The notes under the pieces: generated by a model | What the model was told of the DNA's origin: nothing | Seen by the model: only the letters and a program-made list of their open reading frames with translations | Database searches by the model: none | In this document: piece after piece, positions 10,970 through 28,123 of the stretch | Layout of the letters: each line of letters opens with the position of its first letter | Numbering within the stretch: position 1 is the stretch's first letter | Made by a program: the position numbers and the translations under genes | Assembly (NCBI GenBank): GCA_003693705.1 | Contig: RBZT01000278.1 | Location: 62,001-126,000, forward strand | Length of the DNA: 64,000 nt | Reading direction: 5' to 3' | Origin: Polymyxa betae A26-41 | Lineage: Eukaryota > Protista > Endomyxa: Phytomyxea

Positions 10970-13000
10970 CGTTGCATTCGGCGAGGAGGAGCTACCAAAC
11001 AAGTTCCAGCGCAAGATTTGTAGCAATTGACGTGGCTGAATATCGTGATATACCTTTCAATTACTCTTTAGGCTACATCGCAAGCGGATGCAGAAGAAGT
11101 GCCTTGAGACTTAAGATAATGACCAGAGCAAGATGGTCTGGGCAAACATGTGAGAGAGAGACCTCGTAGAAACAATCAATTGCCTAACATACATGATGCA
11201 TACATATCGTACATTTGCCATTTGGGTAGGCAGAGATGATGGGTCAATGCAACAGGTCGCGTACAACTTGTATCAAGCCAAGACGAGTTCAACAATTTGA
11301 TAACGGGCGACCGTTCATGTTGTCCGCTTCAGAGAATACCTTTTCTGTATGATCACATATCTCCCGGTTGGATGGCTGCTGATGGAAATCGATATTTGCT
11401 GGTACGCAACAAGGAATGAACGACGGTGAATGACATGAGGCATTCGGCAGGTGGAAATATTACTTTACTCCCCGAGTCTCTTTAGAGAAAATCCGGCCCA
11501 GCTTTGTAAAACACAGAGGAAGTCTGCTCGTAAACTCACATTTCAAACTCATTTCAGATGCTAGATTTTTGTAGGTACGTTTCCACCTTGATTAAAGCAT
11601 GGCAAAGTTTGGAAATGGAAATATCCATGAAGTTGCAGCAATCGACTTTACAGACTCTTCTTCTGACAAAGCTAAAGCAGAACTTGGGTTTTGCATACTC
11701 TACAGTATAGGCGGTGTAAGTCAAAGATTTGGATGCAGGGCTTAGCAGATGCAGCATATACAGTGAACAGATCGATTTTCGCCAACGTCTACCTGATGCA
11801 AGCTTAAAGATTCTTAACTTCCAAAACTGCTCATTGTGCCCTGTGTAACCAGAAGCAATCACCAACGATTTTGCAACATGGAGGCAAATTCCAGATGATT
11901 TAGATTCGGAGTTACAAGTAAAATCAGAAAGTTCTGATGAAAAAAATATATACAAAGGCCAGCATGCAAACAATTGAAGACGTAATTGGAGAAAAGGCAA
12001 CCTTTTAGAATGATACTGAGTCTGGATTAATCAGGATATCTAGCAATGCAAGGTAAGTTCAGTAAGTGGCCCATGGTTGAACTCGTTATATATGGCATAG
12101 TGGATATGTACAATACAGTGTTGAGACCACAATGGGATATTAAGCAACAATCATATGATGAGATTCTGAAACAGCAACCTCAGCTCCGAAATCAGACTAT
12201 TCATTCTTGTATCAGCATCAGAAATGTCAAAATTCGGGCTTTGTGATGTCATATCAGTATAGAAAGCCAGTAACTACATTCAAGCTTACGTTAGAAGCTT
12301 CAGATCGAGGCAAATCAACTCACATAATCGCCGAGTTCGTAGCATGAGAACATGACATTACTGCCTTGAACATGAAGAATTGGGCAAGACGTTTGGTTTA
12401 AAGCAAGCCCTAATCGAATTCAATTCGAGGGGCCACTTACGATTCCTGTTCAAATAATACCGAAATTTTCGGCAGCTCTTTTCAGGGATGCAATAGGGAC
12501 GACAAGATCATTAACGCGATTGTCATAGTTCTTGACCTGTTGAGCTCTGAAGTTATATTAACAAATACAGCATATTTGAGGATAATATTCCGAAACATTC
12601 CAGAAAGACGTCGGTTGTAAAAAGCGGATGTATTACATGAGCATCCCAGATCGTGTCAAAACACAAGACGCAGTGGTATTGGGGAAGATGCTATCAATCT
12701 GCTTTAGCTTGGTCTGTATCTGCTTGGATACTTGAGCAGAGAATCCACTGGAACGACGACAGCACATTAAGAGCTGTACGAAGTTGAGATATTGCAGTCT
12801 GAATGTCTGATAGTCTTTTTATAGTGAGAAAAATTTACTCCGCATACTACCGGTTAGAAACATCTTCTGATAGTCAGAAATGGATTAGGGTTGACCTATA
12901 CAGAACGATTGAGTTAGAAGATGCCAATAGAAAACTGAACAACTTAATATGGGACGAGACAGAGACTTTCTGTTATTGGCAATTTGTGGTTTATAATTAA
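10970..13000 (+). pseudogene. Possible decayed or unrecognised multi-exon gene
   Basis: Exon-like blocks bounded by intron-like GT..AG segments, but frames are broken by stops and no family is recognised. Confidence 0.2.
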
Positions 13001-13027
13001 ACATTATTAGGGTTCAAACAGATGATC

Positions 13028-17335
<4,308 letters not shown>

Positions 17336-17598
17336 GGCTCTTAAAGCTCTAGGTTTCGAGCCAGAAGCTAGATTGAAACGGTACCTCCCAGTCCTAATTG
17401 AAATATCTGACCTTCCTATAAAGATTCTGAGTCAAAAAAACTCAGTTTCGTACACTGTCATTGTGGGTAAATGATACAAGAAATAAATTGAAGGGTTCTG
17501 GGTCACGTGTTGATTTAGTTATTAGCTCAACATGCGATCTAATGTAAAAACCGTATTCACTGTTATAGATTCTTATAAATCTATATAACCCAGCAAAT

Positions 17599-18689
17599 TT
17601 AAACAGAGCTTATTGACACATATTGACCAGCGACCAGTCTTTCAAAGACCTGACGCGAATCTTGATCAGCAGTCATTTTTGACACATCATCGACACTTAA
17701 GAACTGCCACAGGCAGTTGTCCAAACTGTTTGCCAGAATAATTTCAACTTCTTGTAGAGGACACTTAGAGTGAGCTAAGACGGTGATACAGGATCCTAAA
17801 TATCCTTCTTTTGGTTTGGATTTGACATTAGAACCATGTTGAACGTTTACAGCACCGATTATGTCAGGCACGATATTTAGAAATCGTTCAGCAACCCTGT
17901 TGGAACAAGTCACAAACAGATATCTACACGGAATCACAGAGCGGGAGCTCCAAATTCATACCTCTGCGAGGCGAAAGAGAGTGACTCCCCAGAGCAATAA
18001 TCAGCAAACGTGGATGGAAGGCGCCAAGTATGTTCCGGCGTTTTTCTCACAACGAGAACTTTGTTATTGATTACAAGGCCAACTTGAACCGAGAGAAAAT
18101 GTAGGGCAGTGGATGGCATGCTGGGCCTAAAAGATGCAGAAACTGTCTTCTCTGACATGGCATCCTTAATAACAGGTTCGATATCCATAGAAAGCAATTC
18201 AACTGATTCGGATTTCAGTTCGTCTATGGGAAACCATTTCCAATTCTTGTCATTCCATATGGTAGGAGAGCCTTCGGCTAGATCGCCAATAGCAATAAAA
18301 CGAACAAAGTTACGACGTAATGATGGATAATTTTCCACAGAAGCGATACGAACGTTAACCAGTGCAAGTTCAGTTTCCGAGAGAAAATGGCGTTTGGCCG
18401 CAGTAATTAAACACTCCCCATTCTCCACATCGCCTGAGGGGACGTACCAGACCTTTCCAGTGTTGAAAATAGTGGATTACAAGAGCCTGCGTAAACTTAC
18501 TGGATCATTTCGTGGTGGCTCTGAATTCGTAAGCAAGACTCTGTGCTTTGAATCACTAACTACAACGGCTATCATGACCGAGCTGTCATCGTAAGGAGCA
18601 CCGACTTTAATAGGTTGTTTGCCGTCTTCTAGCTCTTCTTGATCAAAAAGATCGGGTGGTGTAACAAAGTCGAATGTTTCGGTCGTCAT
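17599..18689 (-). CDS. NUDT18-like tandem Nudix-fold protein with a degenerate Nudix box
   Basis: WYVPSGDVENGECLITAAKRHFLSETEL compared with the consensus GX5EX7REUXEEXGU; second Nudix-like block VLVVRKTPEHTWRLPS. Confidence 0.65.
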
Positions 18690-18848
18690 GGCACGTACAA
18701 ATGCCGAAAACGGTCACCGAATGAATTCCAACATGACTTGGATCGAAAATGCGCGAAGTCTCGCAAGAAAAACACAGTTTGGATTTTTTGAAATTTTCAA
18801 TCCCAATATATAGACGGTACGGTAGTCCACATAATAGCAATAAAAACC

Positions 18849-19578
18849 CTAGTGTAAGTGTATAATCCACCTCCAGAGCAGCGCCTTCTCAGCCATCTGG
18901 TTCTGGAGCCACTGTCCTAATTGCTTACGCGCGCCTTCCAATTCGGACAGGGTCGCCTGGCCAGGCATTACAGGAACAAGCGGCGTCGTTGCATACAACG
19001 GTGGTTGAAGTAGAAAACGCGTTGTCTTCGGTTTATAAATTTCCTTGATGTTAGTCAACAGTCGGCGCTGTATCCTTTGTGCCAATGTACAACGAGCGAC
19101 AAGTGCATTAAGCACTTCAGCTGCCCTTGTTATCAAATCCAGAGCTGATAGAACGCTGGCGTGGATGATCATAATGACCTGGTTCTCAATAGTAATTTCG
19201 GAGTGTCGCCAGACAAAGAGCAAATCGCTGCAATTTCAGTATCACAGGTTAAATCTTGAAACATTTGAGTTTTGTCTCGATACTAGTATTTATTCGGAAC
19301 TTAAAAAGACTTCGCTATCAATTGGACGGCTGCAACCTGAATAATAATAAACGGTCTGGCGATGGGCAGTAGTAAATTGCCTCGTGCTTGGCCACTGCCC
19401 GCAACTACATTAGAAAAACCAACAGATTCACAAAGAGACACCATTTTATTCACATAAAAATTCCTACTGATCCACAGGCTATAGCATAGCGAAAAAAATT
19501 CTCCAGCCTAGAACCAGAAGTAGAATCGACCGCACCTGAAAATGTCCAAATAGAGAGGGGCTGCGCAGATACTGTCAT
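18849..19578 (-). CDS. Hypothetical protein (tentative multi-exon model)
   Basis: ATG at 19578 (MTVSAQPLSIW...), intron-like gaps, and a terminal ORF 18849-19223. No recognisable domain. Confidence 0.35.
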
Positions 19579-19720
19579 TCTGTCAAGCAGTCAAGGGCTC
19601 AAGGGTTTTACTCTGTGCCCTTCTGTACATTTACAATCATTTCTCTCATTTTATTTCCTGTCTGAATCTGCGGTTATCGGTTGCCCGATCCTCCGTTTAC
19701 TTCGGCATCAACTAGCTAGA

Positions 19721-19980
19721 ATGACTCGGGGTAACCAGCGTGATATGGATCGAGTTCGAGCTCAACGACGAGCGGCTCGAGCTCCTCAGAAGAAATCTGG
19801 GAACGATCATAAAAAGAAGGCGGAAAGGTATGCTTAAGCTGTACTGCCATTGGATGTACACCTTGGACAATATTCAATAGTGATGCCGAGATTATGAGGC
19901 AAAAATCAGCTGCCTCAGCCGCAAGAAAAGCTGAGGAAGAAGCTGCCAGACTAGCAGCGGCGATGACGAAGAAGAAATGA
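19721..19980 (+). CDS. SERF: Small EDRK-rich factor (SERF/4F5 family)
   Basis: MTRGNQRDMDRVRAQRR...DAEIMRQK. One intron at about 19828-19880. Missed by the ORF track. Confidence 0.9.
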
Positions 19981-20053
19981 ACAGCTTTTCACTGTACAAG
20001 CGCCTTATTAAAATGTGAACAACCCCGATCGACTACGTTGATTTCTTGCTTTA

Positions 20054-21958
20054 TTAGCTCATGAACAACCCGTCAATAAACGTCCGGGCGATTTCATCGA
20101 TGATCGAAACATCAGGAAGTGTTGCTGCCATTCCATAGATTGCAGCGGCTCCATCAGAAAAATCAGTAGGGTTACTAATTACTTGCTTAACTGAGCTGCT
20201 TAGGTCATTCACGAACTTCTGAGCCATAACCCCTCGATGCATATTTGTAACACAGATATGAACGGCTGGGGGATTCTGCAAACAGTTTAAACTCCAGCCT
20301 TTCTTTGCCATGGCTTCGTTGACGTTGTATATATTCAGCGATTTTGGATCTTTAGCAGCAAAAGCGACAACACTGACTTTAGGATCACCAAGCACCATCA
20401 ATTCTTGTATTTGCTGTACACCATCGATAATAACTGTTGTGGCATCCATAATATCTCGAGCGCATGTAATATAACCTTGCTGCCCTAAGGCCATCATTGT
20501 TGCCCAGGCAGCAGCTGACAGAGCGCCTGGACGTGAACCTGCTAAAGTGGGTGATGCATATATACCCCCAGTCCAATTAACCGATGAGAAATATTGGCAT
20601 CGTCGTAATTCTGTGCGGTTGTACATAATGCAGGAGATCCCTTTCGGGGCGAACCCGTATTTATGCAGGTCGCAGGAAATTGAGGTTACTCCAGGCACTG
20701 AGAAATCGAAAGGTGGGACAGGCTTGCCGATCTTTTCCAAAAAAGGAATCAGATACGATCCAAGACAGCAGTCAACGTGTAATCCGATACCGTAACAGCG
20801 AGCAATTTTGGCAATGTCTTCGATTGGATCGATGATCCCATACGGAAAACAAGGGGCACTAGCCGCGATAAGAATCGTATTGGATGTGATTAGAGAGCGA
20901 ATAGCAGAGACAGAAGCACGCATGGTGTTTGGTTCCAAAGGCGAATGGATCAGCTTGATTCCGAAGTATTGTGCAGCTTTCTCGAAAGCAGCATGAATTG
21001 AGATGGGCGCTATAATTTCCGGTCTTGTGATTCCCTTTTCCATGGCATGATCACGATAGGCTTTACAAGCGAGAAGAATTGACTCGGTTCCACCACTTGA
21101 TATCGTACCACAACCTCCTTCAGGATTAGCATGGAACAACTTAAGGGTCATGGCTATAATTTCAGCCTCCATTTTCCGAACAAAGGGAAACAGATCAGGG
21201 TGTAGAGGATTCGACAATGCGAAGCGTGAGTACACTAAACTTTTTAGAAATGTGTATCAAATGAATGGCATAACAACGTACCACTGCAAGCAAAACTTGT
21301 AAGATCATCTTGCCCATGATAAATTGCTCCTGAGACCTGATAGCATCAGTTATTAGAACGAAAAAACTCAGTCAATACGAACTTTGCCACTGTCCCATTT
21401 TCGATGTTCGATTTCGCTCCATTTATCAAGCTAAGATGTAAATTGAGTGTACAGCGAAATATATGTTGATGATACTACACCTGAGCTAATAGGAGGTCTT
21501 GATCAAAACCCTCTTCCGGTAATGTTGTATTGCTCCATTCTGACTTAGAATCTTTCTTAAGTTCGTGCTGTATTTTCTTTGCTGCTTCTGCTGTTCCTGA
21601 TTCTATCTTCTGCTTTACTGAAGGAAGATGACGGATGAACTATCTTTACTTAGTCGGACTTTGGAGAAAGATATTATGAGCCTACCTTGAATATCAATTT
21701 TTTGAAAAGAGCACTAGGTTTTTTCTGCAATAATAGAAGAGCAAAATCTCGAAACCCTCCTCGGATGTCTTGCAACTTCAAAAGAAACAGTAGAGTGAAT
21801 ACAGACGTCGATATCACACTAAACGCATCGAATCCCACTAATGACGAATTGATGCGATCCCTCACCCATGACCCCTGAAATACAGCCGGGACGAATTTGG
21901 CAGCCAGCAGCAGGAAGACGGCCAGGATAAGGTCGAACCTGGATATAAGCAGTCTCAT
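20054..21958 (-). CDS. SGPL1: Sphingosine-1-phosphate lyase (PLP-dependent)
   Basis: SNPLHPDLFP, SGGTESILLACKAYRD, LHVDCCLG, SISCDLHKYGFAPKG (PLP lysine), YASPTLAGSRPG; hydrophobic N-terminus. Confidence 0.93.
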
Positions 21959-22138
21959 GATCAAAATTAACAAAGAGGTTGCTTCAAAAAGTTCGTAACA
22001 TCATAGTAACAGTATTTACCTGCTAATAAAAAAGGCTCAAGCCGCACTCAGCGATAAGAATTTATAAACGGGCTCTCTGTACTCATAAAATCTCTCTTAA
22101 TTGTATTTGATCGTGAAATATTAGGGCCACGATCTTAA

Positions 22139-22423
22139 TTATTCTTCCTCCCGCTCGCCACCCGTGTCATGTTTACGAGCGCGCCCACCAGCTCGCCCGC
22201 CTTTCGACGCGATCTCCCGCACCTCCTCTTTCGGGCGATTGGCGAAGTTGCCTGGATTGACGTCTTTGCTGCCGCCCTTGTGGCCGATTTCGCTGACCTC
22301 TTCGCGAGGGCGATTCGCGAAGTTTCCTGGATTGACTTCCTTGCTGCCGCCTTTGGAACCGATCGCAGAGACCTCCTCTCGCGGGCGGTTCGCAAAGTTG
22401 CCTGGATTCGGATTCGATGTCAT
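22139..22423 (-). CDS. Con-10/KGG-repeat stress protein, copy 1 (three repeats)
   Basis: Three NPGNFANRP(R/K)EEV..I..KGG units and an acidic tail. TATATAA on the minus strand about 35 nt upstream of the ATG. Confidence 0.9.
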   Translation of the reverse strand: MTSNPNPGNFANRPREEVSAIGSKGGSKEVNPGNFANRPREEVSEIGHKGGSKDVNPGNFANRPKEEVREIASKGGRAGGRARKHDTGGEREEE

Positions 22424-24247
22424 TTCGGAACTGAGGAACCGAGCGCGCCGATGGCGTCTTATATAGGCGATAGCGACTCGATCCGATGAATTTCACGAAA
22501 GGATTCATCTGCGCTCCATTACGGTTATCCAACCATTTCGTTATCGGTTATGAGCATCTCAGTGCCGATTCCGATCGAATGAATTTCCCAACAAGGTGGC
22601 TTGTGGTACCAATCCCCATTCTCGTTTAACGACCAACAGTGATTCGGAAGAGAGCGTTTGGTGGTAATTAACGATGTTTTTATGCATTCGATTTCTTTTA
22701 CTTTGACAATCAAGATCCTATTCACTTCAAAGCACCATGGAGGTCCCAAACCTAATCTAAACAACCGATAACATCGATTTCCTGACAGTTACTAGAGTTT
22801 TGATTCACATCGTTATTCTGGCAAGCAGTTTATATTGTCCCTGAAATGATTTGCGAGTCAATTAGATACTTTATAAACGTTTGCTTTTATGTAAACCAAT
22901 TAATGGCATTGCGTGTTGAGAACGAATTGCCTATTAGTGAAGTAGCCATGATTTGGTGTGGCCAGATTTGTTAGCAGAAGGAGCCCACCCATACAAAACA
23001 ATATGGCAGCGACTACTGGTATGAGTGAGGCTTTTTTTGTACGCCATTTTTAAAACGCGATTCCAAAATTGACTACGGTTATCCCGCTCATCCCAGATTT
23101 TGAAACAGAATTCTGTTATTGGATTCTAACACTGATCTACTTTACGATTTCCCATGTTTCAATCTTCAAAAAGTGACTCTTTGGCATCTAAATAAAACTA
23201 GCAGGCTCACCAATCGCGGTGAAGATGCGGAAGACCTACGAGCTCGGTTTCCACACTTGTTAGATGCCTGCATTCGTCAAGATTAACCATGGTAGCGAAT
23301 GCGTTGTTCTACAAATCAGATTCAGCCCAAATTGCTGAAGATATTTGTGACTGCGACCATAGAATACCATGAATATTCACCAAATATGGATTGTATATCA
23401 GAGCAATTATTAGAATAGCATCAAATGTACTTTCAACAAAAATGACTCGCTTGTGAAGGCATAATGTTCAGCTTAATAGAAAGTGAAAGATAATGTACAA
23501 AAACACACCTATATGGTGCCACCCATACCAAGAAATGGCATTAACATCATCTTAAATTGTATGTTAGTAACTAGTCAAACTGATCACTTGACTTTAATCG
23601 TTTACTAACTTTAATAAGATTCCTATTAGTTTGAAACAGGTTATTAACCAATACTTGCATTGCTTTTCCAAAGTAATGGGTAGCTCCTTTTGGTCAGCGA
23701 TTCCGCTCTCATTCAGACTTAATGAAGGCCAGAAATGTTAGGGTTTTATGTTGTTGAACAAAGAACCTTTCAATGACATGACCCGTTCCTGTTAAAGATG
23801 CTATCGTAGCTCGATCTCAATCAATCCAGATTTACTCGGTTTATATCCCAAAAGGCAGCGCCTTATGATGGATTTCGTTGGTTCTTTAATCAACAATGAA
23901 AGCTCACTGGATGACAGTAAATTCATAGTATTATTTGGTTCTAAGCATCTGAGGTTTTACAGGGATAATATTCAAGATCCACCAACAAATTCGATAGGAT
24001 TCGGTACACACCAAATAGACTGGTTTTGTGCAACCAAAGCTTCACTCACTGGTTGTGAAGATGACGTACAGTAATCGAACAATCGTCTCGATTTCACTTT
24101 CAGACGAAGCAGCTGTACGGCGGGAGAGTTAAACTCTGCAAATGAACCAAATACTGGCTTGCTTGGTAAGCCGGATCAGAACAATATCGGAATGATTGGT
24201 TATGAAGACATTCAAATCCTGATATACCGAATTCGTCAGTTTCAAAG

Positions 24248-24508
24248 ATGACGTCTAACCAGAATCCTGGGTATATCCCAAGCGATGATGTTATAATCGG
24301 CTCCAAGAAGGCGAGCCTAGAGCCGCCCGAGCCCACCAAAGAGGATCTACAGCGTGAGGAAGTCGCCCGAAAACGAGGCGCCAAAGAAAACAACCCAGGA
24401 AATTTCGCTAATCGACCTGTTGAAGAGGTACGCGCAGCAGCTTCTAAAGGTGGTGCTGCTGGAGGGCGCGCTCGTCATGAACATACGACCGAATTCGCAG
24501 ACTACTGA
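24248..24508 (+). CDS. Con-10/KGG-repeat stress protein, diverged copy 2
   Basis: MTSNQNPG start, one intact NPGNFANRPVEEVRAAASKGG unit, GGRARH tail. Confidence 0.8.
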   Translation: MTSNQNPGYIPSDDVIIGSKKASLEPPEPTKEDLQREEVARKRGAKENNPGNFANRPVEEVRAAASKGGAAGGRARHEHTTEFADY

Positions 24509-24924
24509 ATTAACATCTTGAATTCCAGTCGTATGATATGAGTAAACCAACAATATATTCAATGAGTCAGCTCTGAGCTCCAACATCATCAATTATTGTT
24601 GATCAAATCGGATCAGAGTAAAACCTAGCAAAGAGCCATTTCCGAATTTATTCGTTATCGTCAGAATGAAATGTTGATGAAAATTTTATTTTACGCATTT
24701 GCAGAGGAAGTTTATCCTGAAAGCCAAAATTTTAGCTTTCATGGTTGTGATGAAACGCATAGCTCAATTCGATGGCGCTTCATAAGGGAAATTTTTGAAT
24801 TTGAAGATTCATAGATCGGTATTCGCGATCATGATGACTGGCCTCGAATGATCCTCGAGAATGAACTTGATGGTGAATTTTTGATAAAGTGCTGGCGTCG
24901 CGTTCATCGTTTCTCATTATTCAA

Positions 24925-25239
24925 ATGACGTCCAATCCCAACCCAGGAAATTTCGCTAATCGCCCTCGTGAGGAGGTGTCGGCTATCGGCCACAAGGGCG
25001 GTAGTAAAGAGGTCAACCCAGGAAATTTCGCCAATCGCCCGCGCGAGGAAGTTAGCGCCATCGGATCCAAAGGCGGGCATAAAGGCGGCAGCAAGGACAC
25101 CAATCCAGGCAACTTCGCCAACCGCCCCATTGAGGAGGTACGAGAAATCGCTTCGAAAGGCGGGCGCAAAGGTGGGCGTGCTCGTAAACACTCGACCGGT
25201 GAAGAACGTGGTGAGGAGGAGGAAGAGGAAGAAGAATAA
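24925..25239 (+). CDS. Con-10/KGG-repeat stress protein, copy 3 (three repeats)
   Basis: MTSNPNPGNFANRPREEVSAIG start shared with copy 1; three repeats; poly-Glu tail. Confidence 0.9.
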   Translation: MTSNPNPGNFANRPREEVSAIGHKGGSKEVNPGNFANRPREEVSAIGSKGGHKGGSKDTNPGNFANRPIEEVREIASKGGRKGGRARKHSTGEERGEEEEEEEE

Positions 25240-26197
25240 TCTCATGATTTTCTATCAGCTCAGCAACAAATATCTATGAAATATATATTGGGTTCTTCTA
25301 ATGATTAGCTGTCGAGATCAGAAAGATGCTGTTGTAGAGCGTAGAGCCATTCGATGTCGATACAGTTTCAGCATATCCAATTGTAATGGAAACTGATTTA
25401 CCTAGTGCTGAGCTTTGCAAGAAATCGACTTTATTCAGATAGCTGACTTCCCCTCTTTGATAACCAGTAAATGAATAGTATCATTACTTCATACACATGG
25501 CGACATGGGTGACATGGCTAGCTCGCGGAACATTGTGAGCAAGCGGCAGACAATGTGTTTTATTGATGGCCGGCGCCCCTCCGGTACAGAAGCTGCTTTT
25601 ACCACGGAGATACGCGGCCTCCCGATTAGTCTCGTGAGGCTCATCAAATAGCTGCGTTGCGCTGCCACGGGAAAACGCGGCCTTGAACTACGATACATTA
25701 CATCCCGGTATGCCTAGGTACGTAGGTACCGTATGCAAATGGTGTTATAAATTTATAATATGATATAATACTAAATCCAGTTCGCTTTCAGTGTTGGTAA
25801 GCTGCAACAAAGAGATCTTGTCGAAATTGCCATAGCTGTGCTGGGGATTAGTAGCAGTCCGTTGACAGAAGGTTTCTCAGAACGCTAATAGAGAAAGACT
25901 GATGCTGGAGCCAGATATTCCTCCTTGTCAGTAGGCAAGGTTTAACAAAAATGAATGAAAGAGTGCTCTTTAACTAAGGGGTCACCGAACCCAGTTGCCT
26001 CCATTTCCCATGCTCACCCTATGGCTCAAACTTATCACTAGAACGTTCTCTCCATCGTCCTTAGAACCTCAATGTACATGACAGAAGCTTCTCCCTTTAT
26101 TTCAAAATGCTGATCATGAAGGAATGGAGGTTCGACCATGTGATAACTGGCATGGGACTGTGAAGTGTGCAGTGCAATCTCGCTTTTGTACACTGCA

Positions 26198-27056
26198 ATG
26201 AACCAGCTCGTGATAGCAGCTATCGCCGCTTTATGCATTGCCTGGAGCTCCGTTCAGGCAGCTATGAAGCCAGAAATACTGGCCTGTGGAGAGATGGCCA
26301 GTACCAGATTGGTGAAGGGAGATCAAGCCAATATCTGTGTTAAGATTGGTAACTATTTCATGACCTACAAAGCCCCTGTTGATCAGATGTCTTTACTTTC
26401 CACGAAAAACGGTAACTAGGTCTGAACCGAGTAGAATTCATAATGATTTTTTATTCAGGATTTGGAGACGGCCGGTTTCAGATTGGTGATGAGAATACAA
26501 CGATTCCGATCAATATTCAAGTTGGTCATATTAGCCCATATGAGGTTGACCCCACTCAGCCGCTCGATGAAGACAATCAATACCGAGCAGACAAGCATTG
26601 GATCGTTCAGGACGTCGTTGATCCAACAATACCGGATCCACCTGCACCAATCGTGCGAGTAGTTCCATTTTTTACAGCTATTATTCAACTTTTAGAGGGA
26701 CAAGTAACTGGAATCGTTTGGGATGATGGCTGTTATGGATGCAGTTCTACTGGCCCTGAATGTGTGAAAGGTAATTTTAGATTATCGTGGTTGCAAGAAA
26801 CGACTTGACTGGACAAATAGGATTTTGCACTGTTCAGTACAGCAATTGCTACGTCAACTCAACAACAGCTGACACATCGACCCTATCGGATTGTGATCCG
26901 AAGATCTACATCGGTTGGCAAGGCTCTGATGCTAATAGGAACATTATGACCAGTTCTGAACTTGTTCCGTCCAAGTTCATTCGTTATTCTGCAGGCAATG
27001 CATTGAATAATATTAGAAGCTACACAGGAGGTCTGAAAGATCAACAAACCTTATAA
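26198..27056 (+). CDS. Putative secreted cysteine-rich protein
   Basis: Signal-peptide-like MNQLVIAAIAALCIAWSSVQAA; two in-phase introns (about 26412-26458 and 26771-26820); eight Cys in the mature part; WDDGCYGC and CDPKIYIGWQGSD motifs. Confidence 0.75.
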
Positions 27057-27348
27057 GTGATGAGCCAACGGCCCCTGAAACTTCGTATTCGTACATATTT
27101 ACCCATAGCCTACCTCACTCAGATAATAAACCATTTAACGGGCGAAATGTATCTAAGTTTTTCGCATTTGAATACAATGGTTTTGGTTTGCACCTTTTAA
27201 CTATTGAACGATAAGCCATTCGATTCTGTCTTGAAAAGAGTTGCAGTGTTTTGGAAAAAGTTCTTGAGCGAGCGGCCTCGAGTGCTGGGTTAACATAAAG
27301 TGCGATATCGCTGGACTCTGTAAGACGTCATTCTGTACCTCACAGAAT

Positions 27349-28090
27349 ATGTTGATGTCAGATTTGGCAGTTGTCGAAGCTCGTGATGCTCAGACCCGGC
27401 ATGGTTGGTCGCCCTATGTCGTAAACGGTGGTACAGCCATGGCGGTCGCTGGTGAAAATTTCTGTGTCGTCGCCTGCGATACTCGAATGTCGCTGGGTTA
27501 TTCGATTATGACACGATCTGCTCCCAAGGCAACTGTCCTGACAAATTCGACTGTTGTCGCAACTGCAGGCATGGCAGCTGATCGTGATGCTTTCCATAAA
27601 TTACTGAATGCCTATCTCACCCACTATGAGCATATGTCAGACTGTTTCTTCATTAGTTATCTTATCACTAAAGTATGCTTTCAGGCATGGACATGTCATG
27701 AACACCCAATCGATTGCCCAGCTTGTCTCCACCCAGCTGTATTCTCGCCGGTTCTTTCCTTATTACACATTCAATGTGGTAGGAGGTCTTGACAAAGAGG
27801 GCAAGGGCGCCGTTTATGGTTATGATGCTATCGGGTCGTTTGAACGCATTCCCTATGGTGTTCAGGGCTCAGGATCGGCTCTTGCGACATCGATTCTGGA
27901 CAACCAGATCGAATGCAAAACCCAGTTGAAGAACAAGAAAGTCCTCTCCCTAGATGAGACTGTGATTCTCGTTAAAGACGTCTTCAGTTCGATTGGAGAA
28001 CGTGATATCTATACTGGTGATCAAGTCGACATTTATATAATTACCAAAGAAGGAGTCAAGCACGAGCTGTTTGAATTAAAGAAGGATTAA
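27349..28090 (+). CDS. PSMB1: 20S proteasome subunit beta type-1 (beta6/Pre7)
   Basis: WSPYVVNGGT, DTRMSLGYSI, LYSRRFFPYY, ERDIYTGD, ends LKKD. One intron. Confidence 0.95.
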
Positions 28091-28123
28091 TAATCTTGAA
28101 ATGTTACATACACAGCTGATAAT

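Noticed and set aside
22135-22532. Several overlapping ORFs in other frames and on the opposite strand of the KGG genes (also 24904-25279)
   Set aside because: Shadow ORFs expected from GC-rich repetitive coding sequence.
22540-24240. Gene or transposon between KGG copies 1 and 2
   Set aside because: Only short unrecognisable ORFs; no terminal repeats or transposase motifs were seen.
22139-25239. Regularly spaced ~63-75 bp repeats as a possible CRISPR array
   Set aside because: The repeats are in-frame protein repeats with synonymous variation; there are no unique spacers or cas genes, and the context is eukaryotic.
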